A DNA stretch of 29,991 nucleotides from a virus (taxonomy: Duplodnaviria; Caudoviricetes). Under the pieces are notes generated by a model. That model had not been told where the DNA came from and did not search any database. It worked only from the letters and a program-made list of their open reading frames with translations. This document shows positions 17,795-26,681 of the stretch, in pieces (within the stretch, counting starts at the first letter, position 1; each line of letters begins with the position of its first letter). The translations under genes and the position numbers were made by a program. The stretch is from the IMG/VR virus record IMGVR_UViG_3300020138_000097, positions 1 through 29,991 of that record. One strand, written 5' to 3'.

Positions 17795-18214
17795 ATGCCC
17801 AGCCATAAAGGCCGCGATTTTTTGCTCAAGATCGGCGACGGGGAGGAAAGCGAAAGCTTCCTGACCCTCGGCGCCGCGCGCATCGTGTCGCTCAGCATCG
17901 ACAACCAGCCGCTGGATGCGACGGCCATGGATTCCGCGGGCATGCAGCAACTAGACGCGGCGGGCGGCGTGCAAACCATGGTGCTGCGCCTCGACGGCCT
18001 GTTCAAGGACAGCGCGGCGGAAGAGCTGCTGCGCGCGCAGGCCTTCGGGCGCACGGCCGCGAACTACCGCATGATCTTTCCGAACGGCGACCGGTACGAT
18101 GCGCCTTTCGTGGTGGAGAGCTACAGCCGCGCGGGCAGCTATGACGGGCTGGAAAGCTTCACCGCCACCCTGCGCCGCAGCGGCGCGGGCGACTTTACGG
18201 CGGCGGAGGCATGA
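17795..18214 (+). CDS. Major tail (tube) protein, TP901-1 family (RcGTA g9-like)
   Basis: KGRDFLLKIGDG..GLFKDSAAE..AGSYDG..L.RSG. AAAGGAG RBS. Confidence 0.9.
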   Translation: MPSHKGRDFLLKIGDGEESESFLTLGAARIVSLSIDNQPLDATAMDSAGMQQLDAAGGVQTMVLRLDGLFKDSAAEELLRAQAFGRTAANYRMIFPNGDRYDAPFVVESYSRAGSYDGLESFTATLRRSGAGDFTAAEA

Positions 18215-18573
18215 TGCCGCGCCGCCTGCCTGTGCCGGAAGGCACGCTGGCTTTCGCCCCCACGCTGCAACTGGTGGAGCGGCTGGAAGCGGAAAACGGC
18301 AGCCTTTTAAAGCTTGCCGACGATCTGGTGCAAAAAAGCCTGCCGCTGTCAAAGGTGCTGGATATCCTCTGTCTCGTCTACAGCCATGCCGGCTGCGGCC
18401 TTGAAAGCGAAGCCCTGCGCCTGTTTTTATGGCGCGGGATGGGGCAATCGCCCGTGGCGCTGCTATCGGATATCCTGATCGATATCCTAACGCCGCTGCA
18501 CGACATGGACGCCGTTGAAACCAAAGGCGGTGCCCCGGGGGAGCCGCAGGCCGCGCCGGGGAAGCCTGTCTGA
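18211..18573 (+). CDS. Tail assembly chaperone (gpG/GTA-gp10-like)
   Basis: ATGA overlap, position between tail tube and tape measure, and PTLQLVERLEAENGSLLKLA pattern. Confidence 0.7.
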   Translation: MMPRRLPVPEGTLAFAPTLQLVERLEAENGSLLKLADDLVQKSLPLSKVLDILCLVYSHAGCGLESEALRLFLWRGMGQSPVALLSDILIDILTPLHDMDAVETKGGAPGEPQAAPGKPV

Positions 18574-18773
18574 ATCTCGGCAGGCTGCGCGGATTCTGTG
18601 CGGCGCTGCTGCACTGGCCGCCGCCGCTGACACGCACAATACCGCTGGCGGAAATGGCGGAGGCCTATGCCGCTTATCACCGCTATCACGCCAAACCCCT
18701 GCCCGCCGCGCCGCCCGCCACCGCGCCGCGCGATTTCATGGCGGAGATGATGCGGCGTTTCCCCGATGCATAA
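18537..18773 (+). CDS. Second tail assembly chaperone segment (gpT-like), probably reached by -1 frameshift
   Basis: The -1 frame is open from 18519 to 18773: ..LRGFCAALLHWPP..LAEMAEAY..FMAEMMRRFPDA*. The FPD ending is typical of TAC-T proteins. Absent from the ORF track. Confidence 0.7.
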   Translation, partial: GGAAGRAGEACLNLGRLRGFCAALLHWPPPLTRTIPLAEMAEAYAAYHRYHAKPLPAAPPATAPRDFMAEMMRRFPDA

Positions 18774-18784
18774 GGTAGAAGATC

Positions 18785-19243
18785 ATGGACATTGAAAACG
18801 GCACCAAAGACCTTTCCCGCACGCTGGAGGGCATGGAAGAAAAAACCCGCGCCCTGAACGACAGCCTGCAAAAGCTGGCGCGCGAAGGCTTTACCGCGCT
18901 TGAAAAAGCCGCCACCCCCAAAACCGCCGCGCCAGGCCGCGACAGCCGCGCCGGAGATATCGTCAAAAGCGAACTGACGCGGTTCATCAAACAGGAACTG
19001 CAGGAAAGTTTTAAAAACCTCCTCGGCAGCCTTGCCGGCCCCGCGGCGGGCGGACTGAACATCGTCATCCATAACAATACGGCCGCCGCCGTCACCGCGC
19101 GGGAAACCAGCGGCGCCTTTGATCGCAAATATCTTGAAATCACAATCGACCAGATGGTAGCCGACAGCCTGATCCGCGGACGCCAGACCAGCAGCGTGAT
19201 GCGCAGCCTTTTCGGCATCGCGCCGAGCCTGCTGGGCCGTTAA
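18785..19243 (+). CDS. Very short tape measure protein (152 aa)
   Basis: Canonical position, helical N-terminal half, and TMP-like C-terminus LNIVIHNNT..LEITIDQMVADSL.RG..MRSLFGI. Confidence 0.7.
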   Translation: MDIENGTKDLSRTLEGMEEKTRALNDSLQKLAREGFTALEKAATPKTAAPGRDSRAGDIVKSELTRFIKQELQESFKNLLGSLAGPAAGGLNIVIHNNTAAAVTARETSGAFDRKYLEITIDQMVADSLIRGRQTSSVMRSLFGIAPSLLGR

Positions 19244-19267
19244 CGCAAAAACAAAGGGAGCCTTTTC

Positions 19268-19624
19268 ATGTCCAACCCCACATGGCCGGAAACCCTGCCT
19301 GCCGCGCCGCTGGCGGACGGGTTTCAGGAAACCTGGCCCGATACGACGCTGCGCAGCCAGACCGATATGGGCCCTGCCAAAACGCGGCCGCGCAGCACGG
19401 CAGGCATCGGCAAGCTTGTCCTTGCCTATTACCTGACAGCGGCGCAATACGCGGATTTGAAGAGTTTTTATCAAAACGACCTGGCGGGTGGCAGCCTGCG
19501 GTTCGACATGCCGCATCCCGTCGGCGGCGCCACGATCACCTGCCGCCTTTTAAAACCGCCCGCGCCCGCCGCCGCCGCGCCGGGGCGGTTCAAGGTCGCG
19601 CTGGAGCTGGAGGTGCTGCCGTGA
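19268..19624 (+). CDS. Distal/minor tail protein (lambda gpM-like position)
   Basis: WPETLP..LRSQTDMGPAKTRPRSTA..FYQNDLAGGSLRFDMPHP. AAGGGAG RBS. Confidence 0.75.
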   Translation: MSNPTWPETLPAAPLADGFQETWPDTTLRSQTDMGPAKTRPRSTAGIGKLVLAYYLTAAQYADLKSFYQNDLAGGSLRFDMPHPVGGATITCRLLKPPAPAAAAPGRFKVALELEVLP

Positions 19625-20094
19625 GCCGCGAAATTTCCCCCGCCGCGCGCGCGGCCCTGCATGCGCCCGAAACGTCGGATGTTTTTCTGGTCTTGCTGAC
19701 GATTGACCATGCCGACATGCAAAGCCCGATCCGCGTTTGCAACAATACAACCGACATCACCAGCCGCGGCGATATCTACATTGCCTATCCGTTCCAGCTG
19801 ACGCTGCCCGATGACGAGGACAACCGCCCGCCGCGCGCGCGGCTGACGATCGATAACGTCGACCGGCAGATTGTCCAGGCCGTGCGCAGCTTGACGTCGT
19901 CGCCCACGGTCACCATCGAGATTATCCGCGCCGCCGACCCCGATGTGGCGGAGGCCCGGTTTCAGGACTTCCGCTTTACGAATATTTCCTATGATTCGCA
20001 CCGGGTGGAAGGGGACCTGACCGTCGAGGATTTCACGGCCGAACCCTATCCGGCAGCGTCTTTTTCGCCCAGCCTGTTCCCCGGATTGTTTTAA
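19621..20094 (+). CDS. DUF1833-family tail tip protein
   Basis: GTGA overlap. LVLLTIDH..PIRVCNN..YPFQLTLP..RLTIDNVDRQI..FSPSLFPGLF. Confidence 0.8.
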   Translation: MSREISPAARAALHAPETSDVFLVLLTIDHADMQSPIRVCNNTTDITSRGDIYIAYPFQLTLPDDEDNRPPRARLTIDNVDRQIVQAVRSLTSSPTVTIEIIRAADPDVAEARFQDFRFTNISYDSHRVEGDLTVEDFTAEPYPAASFSPSLFPGLF

Positions 20095-20181
20095 AAAAAC
20101 CATAAAATTAAGCATAATCAGCCCTTTTTAAGACTTCATTTAATTTTCTTATGGTAAGATATAAAAAATCGGGATAAGATA

Positions 20182-20196
20182 TTAAAAATCAGTTAA
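20182..20196. promoter_or_regulatory. CtrA-box-like site TTAA-N7-TTAA
   Basis: TTAA AAATCAG TTAA within the AT-rich 20095-20260 spacer. Confidence 0.5.
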
Positions 20197-20260
20197 AGAA
20201 ACTCGATTCACCAACGGCAAACCATACCGCGCCGCAAGGCAAGGTTTTTAGGGGGCTAGA

Positions 20261-20518
20261 ATGACGAAATCACAGTTCATGGATACCGGCGCACCGACAG
20301 CCAATGATTTTCTGACGCGCTCCCTGACCGCCGTCGCCGTCGATACCCGCCACGGCATTACGACAGCCTTCGCCGAGGAAGTAAAGTTCATCAAAGACAA
20401 CAGCCCGAACCAGGAACGCGCCGGTGTCTGGGCGGATAAGGTGCTGAAAACTGAAGAAGCCCCGAAAGCGGCATCAGCTGTGCGTCGCGCCCCGCCGGGT
20501 TCCGGCATGAAGGGTTGA
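20261..20518 (+). CDS. Small orphan protein (85 aa), inserted gene
   Basis: AGGGGG RBS, its own AT-rich upstream region and a downstream terminator. Confidence 0.65.
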   Translation: MTKSQFMDTGAPTANDFLTRSLTAVAVDTRHGITTAFAEEVKFIKDNSPNQERAGVWADKVLKTEEAPKAASAVRRAPPGSGMKG

Positions 20519-20554
20519 TCTCTTGATACGTTTCACCTGACAAAGGCATTTTCG

Positions 20555-20589
20555 AAAAAACCCGCCGCGGCATGAACGGCGGGTTTTTT
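20555..20589. terminator. Bidirectional Rho-independent terminator
   Basis: AAAAAACCCGCCG, 9-nt loop, CGGCGGGTTTTTT. Confidence 0.85.
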
Positions 20590-20626
20590 CATGCCCGCTT
20601 TTATCCCTGCGCCAAGGATATTTCAC

Positions 20627-21040
20627 ATGCCCATTCCACTCTGGGCGGGCCGGTATATCGGTCTGCCGTTCCGCGACCATGGCCGCGACCGCAACGGGCT
20701 GGACTGCTGGGGGCTGGTGCGGCTGGTGCTGTCGGAACAATTCGGGCATATGCTGCCCTCGCTGGCGCAGGAGTACCCGCACAGCCGCGCGGCGGAAAAA
20801 ATCAGCGATGTCATCCTGCGCGAAATCCCGCTGTGGGACGCCATCCCCGCGGGCGGCGAAAAAGCGGGCGATGTCATCGTTCTGCGCCTTTGCGGCAAGC
20901 CGCTACATGTCGGCACGGTGCTGGGCGATGCGCATATGCTGCACATCGAGTCCGGCATCAACAGCGCGATCGAGCGTTACGACGGCACGCGGTGGAAAGA
21001 CCGCGTTTTCGGCTTTTACCGTTACAGGAAGGTATTTTAA
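20627..21040 (+). CDS. NlpC/P60 tail-associated peptidase
   Basis: YIGLPF..GRDRNGLDCWGLVRLV (catalytic Cys), GDVIVL, PLHVG and MLH. AAGGA RBS. Confidence 0.92.
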   Translation: MPIPLWAGRYIGLPFRDHGRDRNGLDCWGLVRLVLSEQFGHMLPSLAQEYPHSRAAEKISDVILREIPLWDAIPAGGEKAGDVIVLRLCGKPLHVGTVLGDAHMLHIESGINSAIERYDGTRWKDRVFGFYRYRKVF

Positions 21041-24000
21041 TGCCCATGACCAACGCTTCGACCGGCACTTCGAGCGAGGCTTTGCCGGCAACAGGAAAGC
21101 AGGGCCGCGTCACCGTCAGTCTTGCGCCCCACCCCTTTGCCGTGGAGCGCATCCAGGCCCGCATGCCCGCGGGCGGCACGGTGGCGGGGATTCTGGCGGG
21201 CTTTGCCGGCGATGCCGCCGCCCTGCCCCACGCGCATGCCTATATCGACGGCGCCTATATCCCGCGCGATAAATGGCATGCCGTGCGCCCCAAGGCCGGC
21301 ACGGTCCTGACCCTGCGCGTCGTGCCGATGGGCAGCGGGGGCGGCAAGAACCCCTTGCGCACCGTTTTATCGCTGGCGCTGATCGCGGCGAGCCCGATGA
21401 TCGCCGCGGGCATCGCGGGCGCGCTGGGCGTCACGGCAGGGGCGGCCTTCATGGGCATCAGCGCCGCGCGGATCATCACGGCGGGCGTGAATCTCCTGGG
21501 CCGGCTGGCGCTGAACGCCCTCGCCCCGCCGGGCAAGCCGCGCTTCGGCATGGGGTTGCAGGAAAGCCCGACGCTGTTCATTCAGGGCGCACGCAACCAG
21601 GCCTATCCCTTCGCGCGCGTGCCGAAGGTTTTGGGCAGACACCGCTTTGTGCCGCCGCTGGGCGCCATGCCTTATACCGAAACGGCAGGCAACGACCAGT
21701 ATATTCGCATGATTTTCGTCTGGGGATACGGCCCTCTGCATATCAGCGACATCAAGATCGGCGAAACGCCGATCGAGCAATTTGACGGCGTGGATATCGA
21801 AACGCGGCAGGGATACCCCGACGATCCGCCGCTGACGCTGTACAGCAACAGCGTCATGCAAACCGATATGAACATCACGCTCCGGCAGGCGGACGGCTAT
21901 GTCATCCGCACGACGGAAACCGATGCCGATGAGATATCCGTCGATATTACCCTGCCGCGCGGACTGGTGGTTTTCGGCGGCAACGGCAGCAAACGCGCAA
22001 CCGAGGTGCAGCTGGAGGTGCAATACAGCCCCGTCGGCGCCGACGCGTGGAGCGCGCCCGCCACAAGCTATAAGCCGATCGCCGCCAAAAACCTGACCCT
22101 GCCCGCAAGGCCGGGCGGATATCAAAAGCCGGGCCATATAAACACGATGCAGCGCTATGACCGCATTTTTCTGGATACGGCATCGGGCGCGGTTTCCTTC
22201 GTCTCCGGGCCGGTCAAGCGTCTCGGCCATGACGGGGAAGCGCCTGCCCTGCCATCCGTGCCTTCGGGCAAAGTGCCGCTGGCGCGGATCTTGCGGCAAT
22301 CGAGCGACGGCGTACACATCCCCCCCGCCGCCGTGACAAGCGAGCGCGGCCCCGATATCGTCGCCGCCCATTTCGAGGCGGAAACCGATTTCGCCGTGAC
22401 GACCGTCAGCGGCAATAACATCGGTATCGCGGCGGGCGGGCTGAAATACCCCGGCGTTTACCTTGCGGCCAAACAAACATCCGCGCTGCGCCATGCCGTG
22501 GCGTTCAAGGTGCCGCGCGGCAGATACGATGTGCGCGTGCGCCGCATCACCGCCGATGCCGATGACGACAATACCTTCAACGATACCGTCTGGACGGCGC
22601 TGCGCACCGTGCGCAACAGCTACCCTATCCGGATGCAAAACCTCGCCGTCACCGCGCTGCGGATCAAGGCCACCGACCAGATGAACGGCATTGTCGACCG
22701 GCTGAACGGCGTCGTGCATTCCATCCTGCCCGATTGGAACGGGGAAAACTGGGTGGAACAGGCGACATCCAACCCCGCTTCCCTCTACCGCCATGTTTTG
22801 CAGGGCAGCGCGAATGCACGGCCGCTGAACGACGCGCGGCTTGACCTGCCGCGCCTGCAGGCATGGCATGCGGCATGCGCTACGACAGGACGGGAATTCA
22901 ACGCCGTGATCGATTACGACGTTTCCGTGCGTGAAGTGCTGCACGATATCGCCGCCGCGGGCCGCGCCAGCCCGACGATACTCGACGGCAAATGGTCGGT
23001 GATCGAGGATCGCCCGCAATCCGTGCCCATCCAGCATTTCACGCCCTATAACACCTACGGCTTTCAAGGGCGCAAAGCCTTTGACGAGGTGCCGGAGGCG
23101 CTGCGCATCCGTTTTATCAATCGCGAAAAAGGCTGGCTGCAGGATGAACGCCTTGTGTTCCGCGACGGGTTTGACGAAGCCACGGCGACGAAATACGAAA
23201 GCCTGACCCTGACCGGCATCACCGACCCCGCGCAGGCCTGGCGCGACGGGCGCTATCATCTGGCCACGGCGCTGCTGCGGCCGGAAACCTACAGTTTTTA
23301 TTGTGATATCGAGCATCTGGTTTGCACGCGCGGCGATTTGATCCGCTTTACGCACGACGTGCCGCTCTTCGGCCTGCACGGCAGCCGCGTGGCGGCAGTT
23401 GTGGCGGATCCCGCCGATGAAAGCATTGTTCTCGGCATCCGCATGGAAAGCGCCATGCCGATGGCGGCAGGTGAAAGCTATGCCGCAAGGTTCCGCCATG
23501 CCGACGGCAGCAGCTCGGTGGTGCCGCTGCGCACGCAGGAAGGCACGCATGACACCGTGACCTTCGCCGTGCCGCAACCGCTGACGGCCGCGCCCGAACC
23601 GGGCGATCTGCTGCTGGCGGGCATCGCGGGGCGCGAGAGCGTGGCGCTGGTGGTGCAGGCCATCGAGCCGCAAAGCGATCTCGGCGCGCGCATTACCTGC
23701 GTTGATGCCGCGCCCGCCATCCATGCGGCAGATCAGGGCAGCATCCCGCTTTATAACAGCCGGATGACCCTCCCCGCCGAACTGCAACGCCCGCCGCGCC
23801 CGCAATTGACGCGCATCCAGGCCGGGGCCGATACGGCAATTCGCCATGCCGACGGCTCCGTCACCAGCCAGACGATTTTGCATCTGGCCGCGCCCGCCTA
23901 TACGGGAGGGCTCAATGTGCGGGCGCAGGCCCGCGCGATCGGGGAAAGTTTTTATCACGACGTCACCCTGCTTTCCGCCACCCCCGCGCGCGTGGCGATC

Positions 24001-25653
24001 ACGGGGCTGGATCCTGCCGACATTTACGATCTGCGCCTGCGTTATGTGACTTCGGCGGGCATGTTCTCCGAACCGCTGGTGATTGCGGGCTACAGCGCGG
24101 CGGACGGCACGATGCCGCCGCCCGATGTGACAAGCCTGAATGTTTATACCGTAGGTCACACCAGCTATCTCGTCTGGCAAATGGCGCAGATGGAAGGGAT
24201 TACCGGTTTCAAGCTGCGCTTTGCGGCGGAAACCCATGACGCAAACTGGCAGAATGCCGCGGATATCGGCGGCGCCCTGCCGGCGGATGCGCGCTCGACG
24301 GCGCAACCCGCCCGCGTCGGCACCTATTTACTGAAAGCGATCGGCGCAAACGGGCGCGAAAGCCTGCAAGCCGTCACCGCCGTGACCGATATTGCCGCCG
24401 TTTCCGGCTATAACGCCGTGCTGACCGTCAACGAAGGGCCGGCCTTTGACGGCGCGACGAACGATGTCGTTCTGGCCGACGATACCCTGCAACTGGCCGC
24501 CGGCCATGTGGAAGGCCAGTATTATTTCGCCGAGGAAATCGACCTCGGTCAAATCTATACCAGCCTTGTCACCGCGCATGTGGCGGCGACGGGCCTTGAC
24601 CGCGCGGAAAGCCTCGACATCTGGCCCGATTTTGACAGGATCGACAATATCGACAACAACAGCGCCCCCGGCCTGTGGGATGTGCAACTGCAAATTCGCA
24701 CCACGACCGACCCGCGCTTTATCCCCGCCGTGCAAGCGCTGACACAGGAAAGCGCCTTCGACCATGCGGATTGGACGAAAACCCGCTGCGGCATCACCGC
24801 GAATGCGGCAACCGCGCCGGACGAATCAAACGCCGCCGATAAAATCGTCGAGGATGCCGCCGCCGGTACGCATATCGTTTCGCAGCCGACAACCGCCGTT
24901 GACAACGCGCCCGCCGCCTTCGGCCTTTTCGTGAAAGCGGGAGAGCGCGGCTTTGCGGGCATTTACCTCTCCACCGGCGCGACGGATCTCGACGATGCCA
25001 TCGGCGCGACGATTGATTTGTCGAGCGGCGCGACATCGTATCTTTACACCTATGGCACGGCGACCGGCATTACCGTCGCGGCGCAGGACATGGGCGGCGG
25101 CTGGTGGCGGTTTGCCGTTTCCGGCACCGTGAAGCCGGAAGGCAGCGGCGATGCCGTTTATGCCCAAATACGGCTGGCTGACGCATCGGGCAGCACCGTC
25201 TATACGGGAGACGGCAGTTCCGGCCTTTACGTCTGGGGCGCGCATGTGACGCAAACATCGCTGCCCTACCGGCCCGTCTGGTCGGACTGGCGCGATTTCA
25301 CTCTGGGCGAATATACGGCGCGGGGGTTCATGTTCCGCGCGCAATTGCGCAGTCGCATGGCGACGGTCACGCCTGTCGTATCGGATATCAGCGTCACGGT
25401 CGACATGCCCGACCGCACGGAAAGCGGCAAGGATATTGACCCCGATGCGGCAGGATCGACAGTCGGATTCGCCAAAGCCTTCCGCGATACGCCCGCGCTG
25501 ACCGTCACGCCGCAGGATATGGCGACGGGCGATTATTACACCATCACCGGCATCACGCCCACGGGGTTTCATATCCGGTTTTTCAACAGCGGCGGCGGCG
25601 GCATCAGCCGCCGTTTCGACTATGTCGCCAAAGGCTTTGGCGAACGCGCATAA
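21040..25653 (+). CDS. Tail tip / host-specificity protein J (gpI-like N-terminus fused, 1537 aa)
   Basis: TAATG overlap. GARNQAYPFARVPKVLGRHR, GYGPLHISDIKIGETPI, GRYDVRVRRIT, LRIKATDQMNG and TSNPA motifs, FN3-like segments, and C-terminal RRFDYVAKGFG. Confidence 0.9.
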   Translation: MPMTNASTGTSSEALPATGKQGRVTVSLAPHPFAVERIQARMPAGGTVAGILAGFAGDAAALPHAHAYIDGAYIPRDKWHAVRPKAGTVLTLRVVPMGSGGGKNPLRTVLSLALIAASPMIAAGIAGALGVTAGAAFMGISAARIITAGVNLLGRLALNALAPPGKPRFGMGLQESPTLFIQGARNQAYPFARVPKVLGRHRFVPPLGAMPYTETAGNDQYIRMIFVWGYGPLHISDIKIGETPIEQFDGVDIETRQGYPDDPPLTLYSNSVMQTDMNITLRQADGYVIRTTETDADEISVDITLPRGLVVFGGNGSKRATEVQLEVQYSPVGADAWSAPATSYKPIAAKNLTLPARPGGYQKPGHINTMQRYDRIFLDTASGAVSFVSGPVKRLGHDGEAPALPSVPSGKVPLARILRQSSDGVHIPPAAVTSERGPDIVAAHFEAETDFAVTTVSGNNIGIAAGGLKYPGVYLAAKQTSALRHAVAFKVPRGRYDVRVRRITADADDDNTFNDTVWTALRTVRNSYPIRMQNLAVTALRIKATDQMNGIVDRLNGVVHSILPDWNGENWVEQATSNPASLYRHVLQGSANARPLNDARLDLPRLQAWHAACATTGREFNAVIDYDVSVREVLHDIAAAGRASPTILDGKWSVIEDRPQSVPIQHFTPYNTYGFQGRKAFDEVPEALRIRFINREKGWLQDERLVFRDGFDEATATKYESLTLTGITDPAQAWRDGRYHLATALLRPETYSFYCDIEHLVCTRGDLIRFTHDVPLFGLHGSRVAAVVADPADESIVLGIRMESAMPMAAGESYAARFRHADGSSSVVPLRTQEGTHDTVTFAVPQPLTAAPEPGDLLLAGIAGRESVALVVQAIEPQSDLGARITCVDAAPAIHAADQGSIPLYNSRMTLPAELQRPPRPQLTRIQAGADTAIRHADGSVTSQTILHLAAPAYTGGLNVRAQARAIGESFYHDVTLLSATPARVAITGLDPADIYDLRLRYVTSAGMFSEPLVIAGYSAADGTMPPPDVTSLNVYTVGHTSYLVWQMAQMEGITGFKLRFAAETHDANWQNAADIGGALPADARSTAQPARVGTYLLKAIGANGRESLQAVTAVTDIAAVSGYNAVLTVNEGPAFDGATNDVVLADDTLQLAAGHVEGQYYFAEEIDLGQIYTSLVTAHVAATGLDRAESLDIWPDFDRIDNIDNNSAPGLWDVQLQIRTTTDPRFIPAVQALTQESAFDHADWTKTRCGITANAATAPDESNAADKIVEDAAAGTHIVSQPTTAVDNAPAAFGLFVKAGERGFAGIYLSTGATDLDDAIGATIDLSSGATSYLYTYGTATGITVAAQDMGGGWWRFAVSGTVKPEGSGDAVYAQIRLADASGSTVYTGDGSSGLYVWGAHVTQTSLPYRPVWSDWRDFTLGEYTARGFMFRAQLRSRMATVTPVVSDISVTVDMPDRTESGKDIDPDAAGSTVGFAKAFRDTPALTVTPQDMATGDYYTITGITPTGFHIRFFNSGGGGISRRFDYVAKGFGERA

Positions 25654-25677
25654 CATCCCTTTCAAAAGGATACAAAT

Positions 25678-26676
25678 ATGTCACAAGCAAATCCGACCAT
25701 CGGCGCGGACAAGACCGGTCTTGCCTACCGGCAGGAAGATAACGACGGCAAGAAAGCGCTGCTGACGCACCACAAAGGCGCGACCGCGCCGAGCTATGCG
25801 GAAGCGGGGCTTCTCTGGATCGACGATAGCACGACGCCATGGAAGCTGAAACTGCACGACGGCGCGGACTGGATCGTGCTGGGCAGCGTGAATGCCGATA
25901 ACAACGCCTTCCTGCCCTATCTCGGCACGGGGGCGCTGAAGCAGGTGAACTTCGCCGCCGATACGGGCACGGTCAATGCCGCCGCCATTGCGCCCGTGCC
26001 CGCCGTTGCGGCCTATGCGACGGGATTGACCGTGACGCTGCGCCCTGCCGTCACCACAACAGGCCCTGCGACCCTCGCCGTCAGCGACCTGGATGCGGAG
26101 GCCGTCAAGCTGGCGGACGGCAGCGACCTTCCTGCCGGCGCGATGCGGGCGGGCGGGATTTATTTTCTGGTCTATGACGGCACGGATTTCATTCTGGCCA
26201 ATCCGGAAATCGACACGACGCCTGCCACCGGCAGTGTGATCGGCAGCGCCAGCGCCGTTTACGACGTCAACGAAAACCTTGAAAGCGTCATCCCCCTGGA
26301 TGACAGCGTGCCGCAGGCGTCGGAGGGCACGGAGATTTTGTCCCTTGTCTATACGGCAAAATCGGCGGCGAATAAATTGCGCCTTTCCTTCCATGCCTTC
26401 GGCGCGGCGTCGGAAAGCGGCGTGGCGCTGGTCGCCGCGCTGGTCGTCGACGGCGCGCCCGCCGTGTGCGGCGGCGCCGTTGCGGGCGCGTCAAACGCCC
26501 TGCTGCCCGTTTTCTTTATCCACGAGCTGACGCCTGCAGATACGGACAGCCATACCTATGCCGTGCGCATCGGCCCCGGCGCGGCGGGCGCGGTGCGCCT
26601 GAACGGCACGATGTCCGGCAGGCTTTTGGGCGGCACGGCGGCGGCGCGGCTGGTGATCGAAGAAATCAAGGGATAA
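25678..26676 (+). CDS. Tail fibre / receptor-binding protein
   Basis: Follows J with AAAGGA RBS. N-terminal MSQ..GATAPSYAEAGLLWID..LKLHDGADWI and middle AADTGTVNA..TGPATL..IYFLVYDGTDF are fibre-type modules. Confidence 0.75.
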   Translation: MSQANPTIGADKTGLAYRQEDNDGKKALLTHHKGATAPSYAEAGLLWIDDSTTPWKLKLHDGADWIVLGSVNADNNAFLPYLGTGALKQVNFAADTGTVNAAAIAPVPAVAAYATGLTVTLRPAVTTTGPATLAVSDLDAEAVKLADGSDLPAGAMRAGGIYFLVYDGTDFILANPEIDTTPATGSVIGSASAVYDVNENLESVIPLDDSVPQASEGTEILSLVYTAKSAANKLRLSFHAFGAASESGVALVAALVVDGAPAVCGGAVAGASNALLPVFFIHELTPADTDSHTYAVRIGPGAAGAVRLNGTMSGRLLGGTAAARLVIEEIKG

Positions 26677-26681
26677 CAGCC

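Noticed and set aside
18515-18778. 87-aa ORF-track call after the tail chaperone
   Set aside because: Low-complexity translation. The frame ending in FPDA at 18773 carries the chaperone-like motif instead.
20572-21039. N-terminal extension making J 1693 aa
   Set aside because: It starts inside a terminator and overlaps the NlpC/P60 gene. TAATG coupling at 21040 is the more plausible start.
21367-24306. Long minus-strand ORFs (979 aa here, also 1217-3088, 5986-7629 and 8912-10156)
   Set aside because: These are antisense shadows of well-supported + strand genes in GC-rich DNA and show no recognisable motifs.
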